Notes under the pieces: generated by a model
Told to the model about the DNA's origin: nothing
Database searches by the model: none
The model's input: the letters and a program-made list of their open reading frames with translations, nothing else
NCBI GenBank assembly: GCA_965208105.1
Contig: OZ242318.1
Coordinates: forward strand, 4,160,001 to 4,224,000
DNA: 64,000 nt
Direction: 5' to 3'
From: Candidatus Latescibacterota bacterium
GTDB lineage: Bacteria; Latescibacterota; UBA2968; UBA8231
Translations under genes and position numbers: made by a program
In this document: in pieces, positions 31,357 to 41,359 of the stretch
Layout of the letters: each line of letters starts with the position of its first letter
How positions within the stretch are numbered: the first letter of the stretch is position 1

Positions 31357-32808
31357 TTATTCCCGGTGGTGATAGAATACAGGCTTCTCTCCAGGCACGG
31401 GAGAATTGCTCAGTCCGCGTTGGATCACCGCCTCCATGCCTCCGTAGGCTTCCACTTTGGCCGTCTGGTCCACCTTGCACCTGAGGTCGGTGGCCTCCGG
31501 ATCGAGCAGGTCTCGCAGGCGGGCTTCGAGCCCCCGGACCAGGTCCTGGTGGGAGGAAGACCCGGACAGGTCAAGCAGTTCATCCGGGTCGGTCTCGAGA
31601 TCGAATACCTGGGGCGGTTCGTGGGTGTAGTGCACGTACTTGTGGCGCCGGTCGACCAGCATGAAGACGGCGTTCCGCGATCCGGCGGCGTGATATTCAC
31701 TGAAGACCGTGCGGTCGCGGTCCTGCTGGCGGGCGATTTTCCACAGGGATTCCCCTGGCAGGCAGGCGTCCTCGCTTGCGGGCTCCGATCCCACCGCTTC
31801 CAAAACTGTTGGAAAGCAGTCCACCAGTGAAACCGGGGTGCCCACCACCCGGCCTCGGGCCACATCGGGGCCCGCCATGATGAAGGGTAGCGCGGCTGCC
31901 TGCTCGTACATCGTCAGCTTGTTGAACTGTCCCCGCGCTCCCAGCATGGCGCCGTGATCACTGGTGTAAATTATGCGCGTTCTGTCCCGGAGGCCCTGGG
32001 CGTCGAGCGCCTGCATGACCTTGCCGACGTTGTGGTCCACATAGCTGCACAGGGCGTAGTAAGTGATCGTCGCCCGACGGATCTCTTCCTCTTCCAGCCC
32101 TCTGTCCCACATGAACCGGTATCGGAAGTGAGCCAGCGCAGGGTGGTCGGGCCACTCCTGGCGCCGCCATTGTGGAGGCATTGCGACCTGAGCCGGATCG
32201 TAGAGCCGATAGAATTCCTCCGGGGCCGTGAATGGCGGATGGGGGCACACCAGCGACAGGAAAAGCACCCAGGGCTTCTCGTCGCCGGCATGAGCGGCCA
32301 GCCAGCGGCAGGCAGCATCCGTGTTTTCGGCGTCGTAGCGCAGATAGGAGGAATTGCCGGGACCCGCCTGGCGCACGCCCTCCGGGCCGTCACGGGGAGG
32401 GGCTTTCTCGCGCAGGCACTCGATGATTTCCCCGATTCCCTCGGCTACGTTCAGGGGTTGGTGTTCCGCGCTGAAGCCGTTGTCGTCATCGCGGCTGCGA
32501 AAGTGCAGCTTGCCGATGGAATCCACCCGGCAGCCCCGGTCCCGCACCCTGTGCCCCCAACTCGGAAACTCGCCGTGGTAGGGAAAGGCATTGTCCCAGT
32601 GCCCCGTCTGGTGGACGTATCGCCCGGTGGCCAGTGCAGCCCGGGCGGCCACGCAAATGGGGGAATTGGTGTAAGCCCGGGTAAACCGGACCCCGCGAGC
32701 CGCGAGCCCATCGAGGTTGGGGGTATGCACCACCGGATGGCCGTAACATCCCAGCGCATCGCGCCTGTGCTCGTCGGCGAGGATGAAGAGCAGATTGGCA
32801 GGATTCAT
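31357..32808 (-). CDS. Sulfatase (choline-sulfatase-like)
   Basis: DEHR.D, TPNLD.LA..G..F..AY, C.A.R...TGRY, GKLH, PHPP, SDHG. Confidence 0.9.
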   Translation of the reverse strand: MNPANLLFILADEHRRDALGCYGHPVVHTPNLDGLAARGVRFTRAYTNSPICVAARAALATGRYVHQTGHWDNAFPYHGEFPSWGHRVRDRGCRVDSIGKLHFRSRDDDNGFSAEHQPLNVAEGIGEIIECLREKAPPRDGPEGVRQAGPGNSSYLRYDAENTDAACRWLAAHAGDEKPWVLFLSLVCPHPPFTAPEEFYRLYDPAQVAMPPQWRRQEWPDHPALAHFRYRFMWDRGLEEEEIRRATITYYALCSYVDHNVGKVMQALDAQGLRDRTRIIYTSDHGAMLGARGQFNKLTMYEQAAALPFIMAGPDVARGRVVGTPVSLVDCFPTVLEAVGSEPASEDACLPGESLWKIARQQDRDRTVFSEYHAAGSRNAVFMLVDRRHKYVHYTHEPPQVFDLETDPDELLDLSGSSSHQDLVRGLEARLRDLLDPEATDLRCKVDQTAKVEAYGGMEAVIQRGLSNSPVPGEKPVFYHHRE

Positions 32809-32844
32809 GGTCCGGTCAGCGGATCGGATGCAGTCCGACCCCTG

Positions 32845-33759
32845 TCATTCGTTGTGCTTTTCCGGCGGCACGCGATGATCGCTGGAGAATTCCATGTCCT
32901 CGGGCAGGGGCAGGAACGCGGCGGTCATATCGCTTACGCGTCCCATGTGGACTTCCATGGATTCGTCCACCTTGTCCAACTCGAAGTCGGAGATGGGCAG
33001 AGTGTAGCGCACCATGGGGGTATAGCGCTGGAAAGCCTCGGCGTAGGCCACCCCGGCCTTGTTGCCGAAGTGACCGTCCTCGTTCTCTCCGCGCTTGCGC
33101 GAATAGGGACCGCCGTAGTACTGGCTGGAAATGCAGTCCAGTGCCCTGACCTTCCTGTCGATGACGTCGGTGATATCGACGTAGAGGTCGACGCGGGCGG
33201 TACCGGCGTACTCCAGGGTGTTTGCGCCCATGTAGGCGATGGGGTTCATGAAATAGTGTACCGGTGTGCGATGGCGGACCTGGCGGGAGCGCCCGGTCCC
33301 CTGGGCGAGCTGGGTAGCGTAGACGGCTGCCTGTCCGATGGTACCGTGCATCTTGAGCCCGGCCGTCTCGTAGGGATGATGGGAAATCAGGAGGTCCGGC
33401 CTTACCTCGCGGATGATGGCGGCGATTGCCTCAACCTTCTCCCGGTTCAGCAGCAGGTCGTCGTCCTCGAAGCCCAGGTCGCGCAAATCGTCGAAGCCCA
33501 GAAGGCGGCAGGCGGTTCGGGTCTCCTCGAGTTTCTCGGCCACCGCGGCCTCGATCTTCGATTCCACGTCCAATTCGCCGCCGGCTCTGTGCTTGGCGTC
33601 CTTCAGCTCCCAATGATGCGAGCGCACGCCGGTGGTGGCGATGGCCACGGTCACCTGGTCGCCGCGGGCGACGTGATGGGCGAGGGTTCCCCCGGCCTGG
33701 TCGAAACCGTCCGCCGGATGGGCGGCGACGAGGAGGATCTTGATTGGTCTGCTTGGCAT
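32845..33759 (-). CDS. PIG-L/LmbE family deacetylase
   Basis: AHP.D....GGTLA, E...A...LG, IR..RPD...HHP, VDITDV...K..AL....SQ, YAEAF. Confidence 0.8.
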   Translation of the reverse strand: MPSRPIKILLVAAHPADGFDQAGGTLAHHVARGDQVTVAIATTGVRSHHWELKDAKHRAGGELDVESKIEAAVAEKLEETRTACRLLGFDDLRDLGFEDDDLLLNREKVEAIAAIIREVRPDLLISHHPYETAGLKMHGTIGQAAVYATQLAQGTGRSRQVRHRTPVHYFMNPIAYMGANTLEYAGTARVDLYVDITDVIDRKVRALDCISSQYYGGPYSRKRGENEDGHFGNKAGVAYAEAFQRYTPMVRYTLPISDFELDKVDESMEVHMGRVSDMTAAFLPLPEDMEFSSDHRVPPEKHNE

Positions 33760-33897
33760 GAGAGATTTCTTTCTTCAATCTTCCGTGAGGGTTTAAGCGG
33801 CATTTTGCCGGGCGCATTCACAATATGTAGATTCCGCTTTTTCAACGCTACCCGGGGCCGCCGCAGTCTGCGGCCGCGGGCAGCGCAGGAGGAGAGA

Positions 33898-34923
33898 ATG
33901 GGCGGGCCGCAGGAAAACGTCAACCGGTTGCTCGCGGTCATGGCAGATCTCTGCAGAGGGGGCCGGCTCGATTCCATGGTTCTCCTCGGCGTGGACAACT
34001 TTTCCAGGCTCGAATCCCGGGAAGGTGCGCGGACCGGTGCTGCGGTCCAGGAATACCTTCAGACTCTCCTGCGCCGGGAATCCGGATGGTCCGGCCTCGT
34101 GGGCAGAGGCAGATTCGCCTGGCTGCAGGTGGAAGAAGCCAGGGTCCGGGAGATTGGAAGGGAGTTCAGGCAAGGCTGCGAGAGGGTATTCGGTTGCCGC
34201 GTTACCATGTCCGGGGGCGGTGTGAGATTCTGTCCCCTCACCATCGTCTGCACGCAGGAGACCTTTCTGGCCGTATATGAAGCCGCTGCCGAGATGCTGG
34301 CGCTGGCCAACAAGCGCGGCGAAGGGACCTGCATGTGGCTGACTGCGGCGGCCGGGGTCGATCACCACACCGCCGCGGCAGGCCGTCGCCTCTACGAGGA
34401 TCTTGCCCGAATCAACGCCGCAATGGTCCGGCGGATGGAGATGGAATCCCGCGTGGATTCCCTCACGGGGCTCTACAACAGGCGCGGATTCGACGATATC
34501 TTCGACCGCCGCCTCGGCTCCGCGGCGCGCTTCAAGCAGCCGCTGTCGCTCATCTACCTGGATTCCGACAATCTCAAGGGCATCAACGACACCGAGGGCC
34601 ACGAGGCCGGGGACAGATTCATCGTCCAACTGGGGGTCGTGCTGAAGTCGGTAGTCAGGAGGTCGGACTTCATTTTCAGGTGGGGCGCCGATGAATTCGC
34701 CGTCATTCCCGAGTGCACCACCGCGGAGACGGCGGTCAGCCTGGCCGAGCGCTTGAGGACCGCGGTCGAAGAAAGGACGGCCGGGACCATTTCAGCGGGG
34801 ATATATCACGGCATCCCCTCCAGCGCCGACGAAGCATTGTCCGCCGCCGACGCGGCCATGTACGCGGCCAAGCAGGGAGGAAGGAACCGGGTCGTGCTCA
34901 ATGGCCGCCGCCCGCCGAAATAG
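33898..34923 (+). CDS. Diguanylate cyclase (degenerate GGDEF + GADEF domain)
   Basis: D.LTGLYNRR, D.D.LK.IND..GH..GD, RxxD I-site, RWGADEF; AGGAGG RBS before ATG 33898. Confidence 0.88.
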   Translation: MGGPQENVNRLLAVMADLCRGGRLDSMVLLGVDNFSRLESREGARTGAAVQEYLQTLLRRESGWSGLVGRGRFAWLQVEEARVREIGREFRQGCERVFGCRVTMSGGGVRFCPLTIVCTQETFLAVYEAAAEMLALANKRGEGTCMWLTAAAGVDHHTAAAGRRLYEDLARINAAMVRRMEMESRVDSLTGLYNRRGFDDIFDRRLGSAARFKQPLSLIYLDSDNLKGINDTEGHEAGDRFIVQLGVVLKSVVRRSDFIFRWGADEFAVIPECTTAETAVSLAERLRTAVEERTAGTISAGIYHGIPSSADEALSAADAAMYAAKQGGRNRVVLNGRRPPK

Positions 34924-34972
34924 GGGTGTGGCTGGTCTGGGCGGGAGGGGGCTGCAGGGGTCCCCGGTCGAG

Positions 34973-35998
34973 TCAACTTCCATTCCCGTTGAGCTGATTG
35001 GCCGCGCGAGTGATGCCGGCCATGTAGCCGATGGCAAAGGCATGGCCCTGAAATTGGGGCGGGGAATCGTTCACGGTGCGGGGCAGATGGGCGACGGCCA
35101 GGAAAGAATCGACACCCACCTGGTCGAAGGTCCTCACGACTTCCAGGAAATCGCAGTCGGCTTCGTCCAGGAAACACTCGTTGAAGCGGGGCACCGTGCC
35201 CTGGACCCCCTGGGCATGTCCGTAGAGAATCCTGCCCGCCGCTCCGAAGCGGCGGATCGAGGCAACGATGTCGGTGCCCATGGCAGTCCAGTTTCCCAGG
35301 CAAAGATTCACTCCGCTGACCTCGCTGTCAGCCAGGTCCAGGGCGCGCTGGTAGCAATCGGGGTCGTGGAAAATCCGCGCGACACCGCCGACTTTCGGGG
35401 ACGGAGGATCGTCGGGGTGCAGGCCCATTCTCACGCCCGATTCCTCCAGCACGGGAACAATGGCGCGCACGAAGTACTCGTAGTTTTCCCACATTTCCCC
35501 GGAGCTGTACTCGCGGTCTCTGAAGAGCGGTCCCTTGTTGACCACCTCGAGGTCGAGAAGATCGTACTTGGCTCCTCCCCTGCCCGGGAAGTTGAGGGAT
35601 GAGCGGGTGGAAAAGCGCCAGTTCCGCGACGGGTTCGCCATCCAGTTATACCCATAGTAGGGGATTCCCGCCCGCCCCATGTTGCGGATGGTGATGCTGA
35701 GGTTTTCGAGCTGCTGATCGCGTCCCGGCAAGCCCAGCATCACCTGGTCGAAGCACCATTGCGGCAGCGGGTTCTCCATGCTGGCCAGCCGCAGCCCGTA
35801 GGACTCGACGCGCTCGCGCAGTTGCACCAGGTCCAGATAGTCCCAGTACTGGCCGGGTTTGTCGCCCGCATCCGGGGGAAACTTGCGGGTGTAGTCGGGA
35901 CAACTGGTGAATCCTCCCACGACATCGCTCACCCCGTACTGCTGCAGAAACTGGAGGAAATCATCTCCCTGATTGCCCAGGAACGCACCTATTCTCAT
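34973..35998 (-). CDS. uxuA: Mannonate dehydratase (UxuA family)
   Basis: LG..GRD...E, I.NMG.AGI, YNWM, W.NY.YF.....PV.EE..V..G.HPDDPP, F.DE. Confidence 0.75.
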   Translation of the reverse strand: MRIGAFLGNQGDDFLQFLQQYGVSDVVGGFTSCPDYTRKFPPDAGDKPGQYWDYLDLVQLRERVESYGLRLASMENPLPQWCFDQVMLGLPGRDQQLENLSITIRNMGRAGIPYYGYNWMANPSRNWRFSTRSSLNFPGRGGAKYDLLDLEVVNKGPLFRDREYSSGEMWENYEYFVRAIVPVLEESGVRMGLHPDDPPSPKVGGVARIFHDPDCYQRALDLADSEVSGVNLCLGNWTAMGTDIVASIRRFGAAGRILYGHAQGVQGTVPRFNECFLDEADCDFLEVVRTFDQVGVDSFLAVAHLPRTVNDSPPQFQGHAFAIGYMAGITRAANQLNGNGS

Positions 35999-36255
35999 CG
36001 TTTTTCTCCTTCCAGGAAAACTGGAGCAGGGCCGCTGCTCCGGCTCATGGCCCGCCAGTGCAGAATTCGGTACACCATCTCATCATCGATGCCAGGATGA
36101 CGGTCGGCTTCCAAGCTTATTCCCTTCTCACCCGGTCGTCAAGCCTGCCTCGAGTCTGAATGGCCTTGTCCGCTTCGGTAGCCTGGACAGCCGCGTCACC
36201 GCTGGCTACTTTCAGAAACCAACCGCGACAACCCTTTGCCAGGAGGCAGCTCCGA

Positions 36256-37758
36256 ATGAATGACGGACGACCCGCTCCAACTCCGATTCTCGATCACTAT
36301 GGAATCTGGGCATCTCACCGCAAGCTCGAGCCGGACGGCACCATATGGTCCCAGGATCCTCCCAGGGGGGTGAAGATCGAGATCGAAACGGCGGGAAAGT
36401 CTGCCGTGTTTTTCCACAAGGAGCGTCCCTGGGAGAGGGGGGCGAATCTCCACCTCAACTCCATGATTTGCGACCAGGGTCGCTACCGCCTCTGGTACGG
36501 GGTGACCAGGGTGAGTGATGTTTCCAGGAACTATGTGTGCTACGCCGAAAGCGAAGACGGATTCAACTGGGAGCGCCCCGAGCTCGGTCTCGTAGACTAC
36601 GACGGGTCCACCAGGAACAACATCATTTGCCATGGAAAGGACCATCACCTGGGCTTCGTCTTCATCGATCCTTCCGCCCCGGAAGAGGAACGCTACAAGG
36701 CCATAGCCGGCGAGGGCAGATTTTACCGGGACGGAAAACTGGATGAGAACATGGACGGGAAGAAGTTCAAGGAGTTGATGATCGCCATGGACGTTGGCGG
36801 GGTCAGTCCCGAGGACCGCAGGAAGGCGGTGGAGCTGCGCCAGGCGGTGCATGCCTCCGTTTCCCCGGATGGGATTCGCTGGAAGAATATCGAGGACCAC
36901 ATTCTCGACGTGGGGGCGAGCGCCCTCGACACCCACAACCTCTGCATCTACGATCCCTATGAGAAAAAGTACGTGGCCTACCTTCGCGGCCACCTCGAAC
37001 GCCGGCGCTCGGTGCGGCGCGCCGAAGGAACGGATTTCCGCCATTTGCAGGAACCGCGGCTCTGCCTGATGTGCGATCCTCAGGACCCCATTGGCGACGA
37101 CATCTACAATCCTTGCTACAGTGCCTATCCGGGGCGGCGGCTCTACCTGATGTTTCCCTCCTTCTACCACCGCATTCCCTCCACGGTGGACATCCACCTG
37201 GCCATCAGCCACGACAGCTACAACTGGAGCCGGCCCGAGCGCAAGCCCATCATCGACCTGAGCTACGAGGGCGGAGAATACGGCTCGATGTACGCGAGTC
37301 CCAGCCTCGTCGCCCTGGACAGCGGTGAATGGCGGCTTCCCTTTGTGGGCAACCAGCGCAAGCACGATTTTCTGGACCGAGGCCGCAACTATCCGGAAGA
37401 CGGCGAGTTTCGCTGGGCAAGCTGGCGGGAGGATCGCCTCGCGGGGCTGCATGCCGCCGCCGAGGGCTCGGTGGTCCTGGTGCAGCGCCCCTGCGCCGGA
37501 AAGGAGCTGCGCCTGAACTATCGCACCGAGAAGGACGGGTGGGTAAAGGTGGAACTGGTGAATCCGCCGGTGACTCCACCCCGGCCGGTGCAGGCTTTCG
37601 AAGGGTTCGGTCTCGATGCGGCCGAGACTCTGAGCGGCGACGAACTCTCGAGGGTAGTCCGCTGGAACGGAAAGAGCGATCTCTCCATGCTGCGCGGCAA
37701 GGAGGTGAGCGTTCGACTGCACCTGAACAGGGCCAAGGTCTTTTCCACCGCTCTTTGA
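36256..37758 (+). CDS. Five-bladed beta-propeller glycoside-hydrolase-like protein (paralog 1)
   Basis: PWE, GRYRLWY, YAES.DG..W.RP.LG, F.DP.AP..ERYK, SPDG.RW, W..DR; AGGAGG RBS. Confidence 0.65.
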   Translation: MNDGRPAPTPILDHYGIWASHRKLEPDGTIWSQDPPRGVKIEIETAGKSAVFFHKERPWERGANLHLNSMICDQGRYRLWYGVTRVSDVSRNYVCYAESEDGFNWERPELGLVDYDGSTRNNIICHGKDHHLGFVFIDPSAPEEERYKAIAGEGRFYRDGKLDENMDGKKFKELMIAMDVGGVSPEDRRKAVELRQAVHASVSPDGIRWKNIEDHILDVGASALDTHNLCIYDPYEKKYVAYLRGHLERRRSVRRAEGTDFRHLQEPRLCLMCDPQDPIGDDIYNPCYSAYPGRRLYLMFPSFYHRIPSTVDIHLAISHDSYNWSRPERKPIIDLSYEGGEYGSMYASPSLVALDSGEWRLPFVGNQRKHDFLDRGRNYPEDGEFRWASWREDRLAGLHAAAEGSVVLVQRPCAGKELRLNYRTEKDGWVKVELVNPPVTPPRPVQAFEGFGLDAAETLSGDELSRVVRWNGKSDLSMLRGKEVSVRLHLNRAKVFSTAL

Positions 37759-37939
37759 TCGGTGGAGAGGTTCACAAGGCCAAGGCCTCTGCGGATTCAC
37801 CGCCAGGAAGCCCGACCTCCTCCATCCATTCCAGGATTCCTATCGCGTTCCTGCCTCTGCGTCTGCTTGACACACTAGCGATAATGCCTCTTATTTGCCG
37901 TGCGCGACAGGCCACGCGGTCAGTCCCAGGTTCCCGCCT

Positions 37940-39265
37940 ATGTCCGACACTTCCCCTCAGACAACAGCCAGCGGCAAGGATACGAGTGCAATGTCGCGGC
38001 GGTCTCTGCTTCGCGCCGGCCTTGCCGGTTGCCTGGCCGCCCCTTGGTGGCCGGCCTTGCGCGCATTTGCCGAAGCCCCTGCCGCCGCGGCATCCGGGGT
38101 GACCGACTCCGAGATCATCCTGGGTACATCGGCCGCGTTCTCCGGACCATCCCGGGGGTTGGGAATCGAGCTCTATCGCGGTTCCGGCGCCTATTTCGCC
38201 CACGTAAATCGGCAGGGGGGCGTGGCCGGCCGCAGCGTTCAGGTCACGGCCTACGACGACGGCTATCAACCCGGTCCTTCAGTGAGAAACACCATGAAGC
38301 TGATGCTGGAGGACCAGGTTTTCCTGCTCTTCGGATACGTCGGCACGCCGACGGTAACGCGCGTTCTGCCCATCCTGAAGAAGTTCCAGGACCGCGACAT
38401 CCTGCTGTTCTTCCCTTTCACCGGAGCCCAGCCACAACGCGAACCCCCCTACGGAGCCTTCGCCTTCAATCTGCGCGCCTCCTACCGACAGGAGACCGCC
38501 GGTCTGGTGGACAATTTCGTGCGCATCGACCGGCGGCGCATTGCCGTGTTCTACCAGGCCGACGCATATGGCCGCAGTGGATGGGCGGGGGTCAGAAGCG
38601 CACTGAAAAAATACGGGGAAAGTATCGCTGGAGAGGCCACCTACCGCCGCGGTGAACGGTTCACGGGAACCATGCGCAAGCAGGTCGAGATTCTCAAGGC
38701 GGCCAGGCCTGAAGCGGTGATTTGCATCGGTGCCTATGCGGCCTGCGCGGCCTTTGCCCGCGATGCGGTGGACCTCGGCCTGCAGGTTCCATTCGCGAAT
38801 CTTTCCTTCGTTGGAAGCGAAAATCTCCTCAAGCTCCTGACCGAGGGACGCGAGGACAGCCGGCGCTACACCCGGTGGCTGGTAAACTCCCAGGTGGTGC
38901 CGAGCTACGAGGATGTATCCATTCCCGCCGTTCAGGAATATCGCGAATTGATGAAACGCTACGCTCCGTTGCCGCCGGCGGAGTTGATGAAGGACCCCTA
39001 TACCCCCTTTGATTACAGCTTCGTCAGCCTCGAAGGATTTCTCAACGCCAAGTTGATGGTCGAAATCCTGCAGCGCCTCGGTGACGAGCCGCAACGCAGC
39101 CAACTGGAGGAAGCGGTTCTCTCCGTTGCGAATTTCGATCTGGGTATCGGGGAACAGGTCTCCTTCGGGCCGGGCCGGAGACAGGGGCTGCAGCAGGTAT
39201 ACTACACGGTGGTGGACGACGGCCGTTTCGTTCCGCTCGATGATTGGCGCGCCAGGTTCGCATGA
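37940..39265 (+). CDS. Periplasmic binding protein (Leu/Ile/Val type) with Tat-like signal
   Basis: SRRSLL motif, GV....I..G.S.A.SGP...LG, DDGY.P, VGTPT, N.RASY..E, EG.L.A. Confidence 0.85.
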   Translation: MSDTSPQTTASGKDTSAMSRRSLLRAGLAGCLAAPWWPALRAFAEAPAAAASGVTDSEIILGTSAAFSGPSRGLGIELYRGSGAYFAHVNRQGGVAGRSVQVTAYDDGYQPGPSVRNTMKLMLEDQVFLLFGYVGTPTVTRVLPILKKFQDRDILLFFPFTGAQPQREPPYGAFAFNLRASYRQETAGLVDNFVRIDRRRIAVFYQADAYGRSGWAGVRSALKKYGESIAGEATYRRGERFTGTMRKQVEILKAARPEAVICIGAYAACAAFARDAVDLGLQVPFANLSFVGSENLLKLLTEGREDSRRYTRWLVNSQVVPSYEDVSIPAVQEYRELMKRYAPLPPAELMKDPYTPFDYSFVSLEGFLNAKLMVEILQRLGDEPQRSQLEEAVLSVANFDLGIGEQVSFGPGRRQGLQQVYYTVVDDGRFVPLDDWRARFA

Positions 39266-39990
39266 TGATGAAGGTACAGAAGCTGTTCAAGAAGACCCTG
39301 TTCGGCGTCTTTTCGCTGTTCGGCCTGATCGGCCTCTCGACCTCCATCCTCTGCGTCTATACGGTCGATACGCATCTGTCCGCCGAATACGAGAGCAACA
39401 GCCGCGACATCGCCAAGACCATTGCAGATTCGAGCGTGGACATTCTTCTGAACCGCGACTTGTCGGCCCTGCAATCGCTCATCGATCAGTTCGTCGAGAT
39501 TCAGGGCATAAAATACATCTATATCACCGACGAGTCCGGTGAGTTCCTGGCCCATACATTCGTGCCCGGCATCCCCGCCGAGATTCGCGCCAGCGACCCC
39601 TTCAATATGGAGACCGTGGAGCGCAGCCTGCCTGGAATGGGGGATTTCGTCGAGGTCGGGAGCCCGATTCTAGCCGGTGTTGCAGGAACGGTGCACGTGG
39701 GCATGGACACCGGTCTGATTGCCCTCAAGATCCAACGGGCCATCGGCCAGCAGGTCTATCTCTTCTCCATAATTCTCGTGGCCGGGGTATTTGCCGCCAT
39801 CTGGCTGGTCAATCTGGCCGCAAAACCGGTGGGCTCGCTTCTGGGGTATGCCGTGGGCATGGCGCGCGGGGAGGGGGAAGCGGTGGACGCGGACGACAAG
39901 CTTCTGGGACGCGACGACGAAGTGGGACACCTTGCCCGACTTTTCCTCCATGTTGCCGAAAAGAAGCCGCCCCCGCCATCCGGCGACTGA
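39262..39990 (+). CDS. Membrane sensor-like protein with HAMP domain and no output domain
   Basis: TM, Cache-like region (YI.I.D..G..LAHT), TM, KP...L ... DEVG.LA..F, then stop. Confidence 0.7.
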   Translation: MMMKVQKLFKKTLFGVFSLFGLIGLSTSILCVYTVDTHLSAEYESNSRDIAKTIADSSVDILLNRDLSALQSLIDQFVEIQGIKYIYITDESGEFLAHTFVPGIPAEIRASDPFNMETVERSLPGMGDFVEVGSPILAGVAGTVHVGMDTGLIALKIQRAIGQQVYLFSIILVAGVFAAIWLVNLAAKPVGSLLGYAVGMARGEGEAVDADDKLLGRDDEVGHLARLFLHVAEKKPPPPSGD

Positions 39991-40008
39991 TCCGCCGTCG
40001 GTATCCAG

Positions 40009-41325
40009 GTGAAAATGTCGAAAGGAAGGGAATTGGTCCCGCGCTCCCTTATGGCGCTATTCTGCACGGTCCTGCAGGTATGCTTCGGGACGGTGTATGC
40101 CTGGAGTTTCTTCCAGACCCTGCTGGTCCGGCAACTGGGCTGGACCTTCACCGAAACGGCCTGGGCATTCAGCCTGACGATCCTTTCCCTGGGCACCTCG
40201 GCGGCCTGGGCAGGCGCCCTGTTGCCGCGGGTAGGACCCCGGCGCCTGGCCGTGGCGGGAAGCGTCATGTTCGCGGTGGGCTATGTGCTGGGGAGCCTGG
40301 CGCTGAACCTGAATAGCCTCGCGCTGTTCTATGTGGGGTATGGTATAATCGGTGGCGCGGGAATCGGGCTGGGATACGTTACCCCGGTGGCGACGGTGGC
40401 CAAGTGGTTCCCGGACAAGAAGGGGTTGGCGACGGGGATCGTGGTGATGGGGTTCGGGGTAGGCGCATTTCTGTTGAGCAAGGGCCTGGCGCCGCTGCTC
40501 GTGTCCCACCTGGCAGGGGACCTGCCCCGTGTCTTCCTGGGGCTCGGGGTGATCTTCGCCGCGGTGCTCATACCCTGCAGCCTGCTGTTGAGCAATCCTC
40601 CTGCGGCCGCTGAAGCCGTCGCCGAAGAGACGCCCGGCGACGAGTCCGACTCGGTTGCTCCCTATCTGCGTTCATCCGAGTTCGTCCTCATGTGGATCGT
40701 CTTTTTCTTCAATATCGCCGCCGGAATCTCCGTCATCAGCTTTCAGTCCGAACTCCTCCAGGAAGTCTGGGGTCTGGCCGACCCCACGGTGGAGCCGGCG
40801 ACCCTGGCCGAGTACGGAGCGACCCTCATAGCGGTCAGCTCCCTGTGCAACGGGGTGGGACGGTTGTTCTGGGGACTGCTGTCGGACCGCCTGGGACGCG
40901 TCAGGGTCTTCCGGATACTCCTCGCCAGTCAGATGGTGGTCTTCGGCATACTGATGACCGAGCGCAATCCCTGGATATTTTCGATCCTGGTCTGTTATAT
41001 ACTTCTGTGCTTCGGCGGGGGTTTTGCCACCATGCCGTCATTCGTGCTCGATGTATTCGGCCAGAAGAAGATGTCGATCATCTACGGGACCATTCTGACG
41101 GCATGGGCGGCGGCGGGGATTTGCGGACCTCTGTACGTGGGCTACCTGAAGGATCAGTATCCCGACCGGGCGATCATCTATTGCTTCCTGATAGGCATTC
41201 TGATGCTGGGGCTCGGCTTCGTGTTCTCCTATCTATTGAGCGACGATCGCATTCGACTGCGCCGGCCGACCATGGAGGATACATTGCGCCAGTTCGGCAT
41301 TGCCTCTCCGGGTCCGGGCGGTTGA
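40009..41325 (+). CDS. MFS transporter, oxalate/formate antiporter (OFA) family
   Basis: G.VYAWS.F, G.G.G.GY.TPV....KWFPDK.G.ATG....GFG.G, NG.GR.FWG..SD..GR, GGGF..MP. Confidence 0.88.
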   Translation: MKMSKGRELVPRSLMALFCTVLQVCFGTVYAWSFFQTLLVRQLGWTFTETAWAFSLTILSLGTSAAWAGALLPRVGPRRLAVAGSVMFAVGYVLGSLALNLNSLALFYVGYGIIGGAGIGLGYVTPVATVAKWFPDKKGLATGIVVMGFGVGAFLLSKGLAPLLVSHLAGDLPRVFLGLGVIFAAVLIPCSLLLSNPPAAAEAVAEETPGDESDSVAPYLRSSEFVLMWIVFFFNIAAGISVISFQSELLQEVWGLADPTVEPATLAEYGATLIAVSSLCNGVGRLFWGLLSDRLGRVRVFRILLASQMVVFGILMTERNPWIFSILVCYILLCFGGGFATMPSFVLDVFGQKKMSIIYGTILTAWAAAGICGPLYVGYLKDQYPDRAIIYCFLIGILMLGLGFVFSYLLSDDRIRLRRPTMEDTLRQFGIASPGPGG

Positions 41326-41359
41326 CGGGCGCAGGCTGCTGCCGCTTTCATACTCCTCC

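Noticed and set aside
31954-33897. 989-aa ORF apparently fusing a long N-terminus to the GGDEF protein
   Set aside because: The N-terminal part is the antisense shadow of the sulfatase and deacetylase genes; a real RBS and ATG lie at 33898
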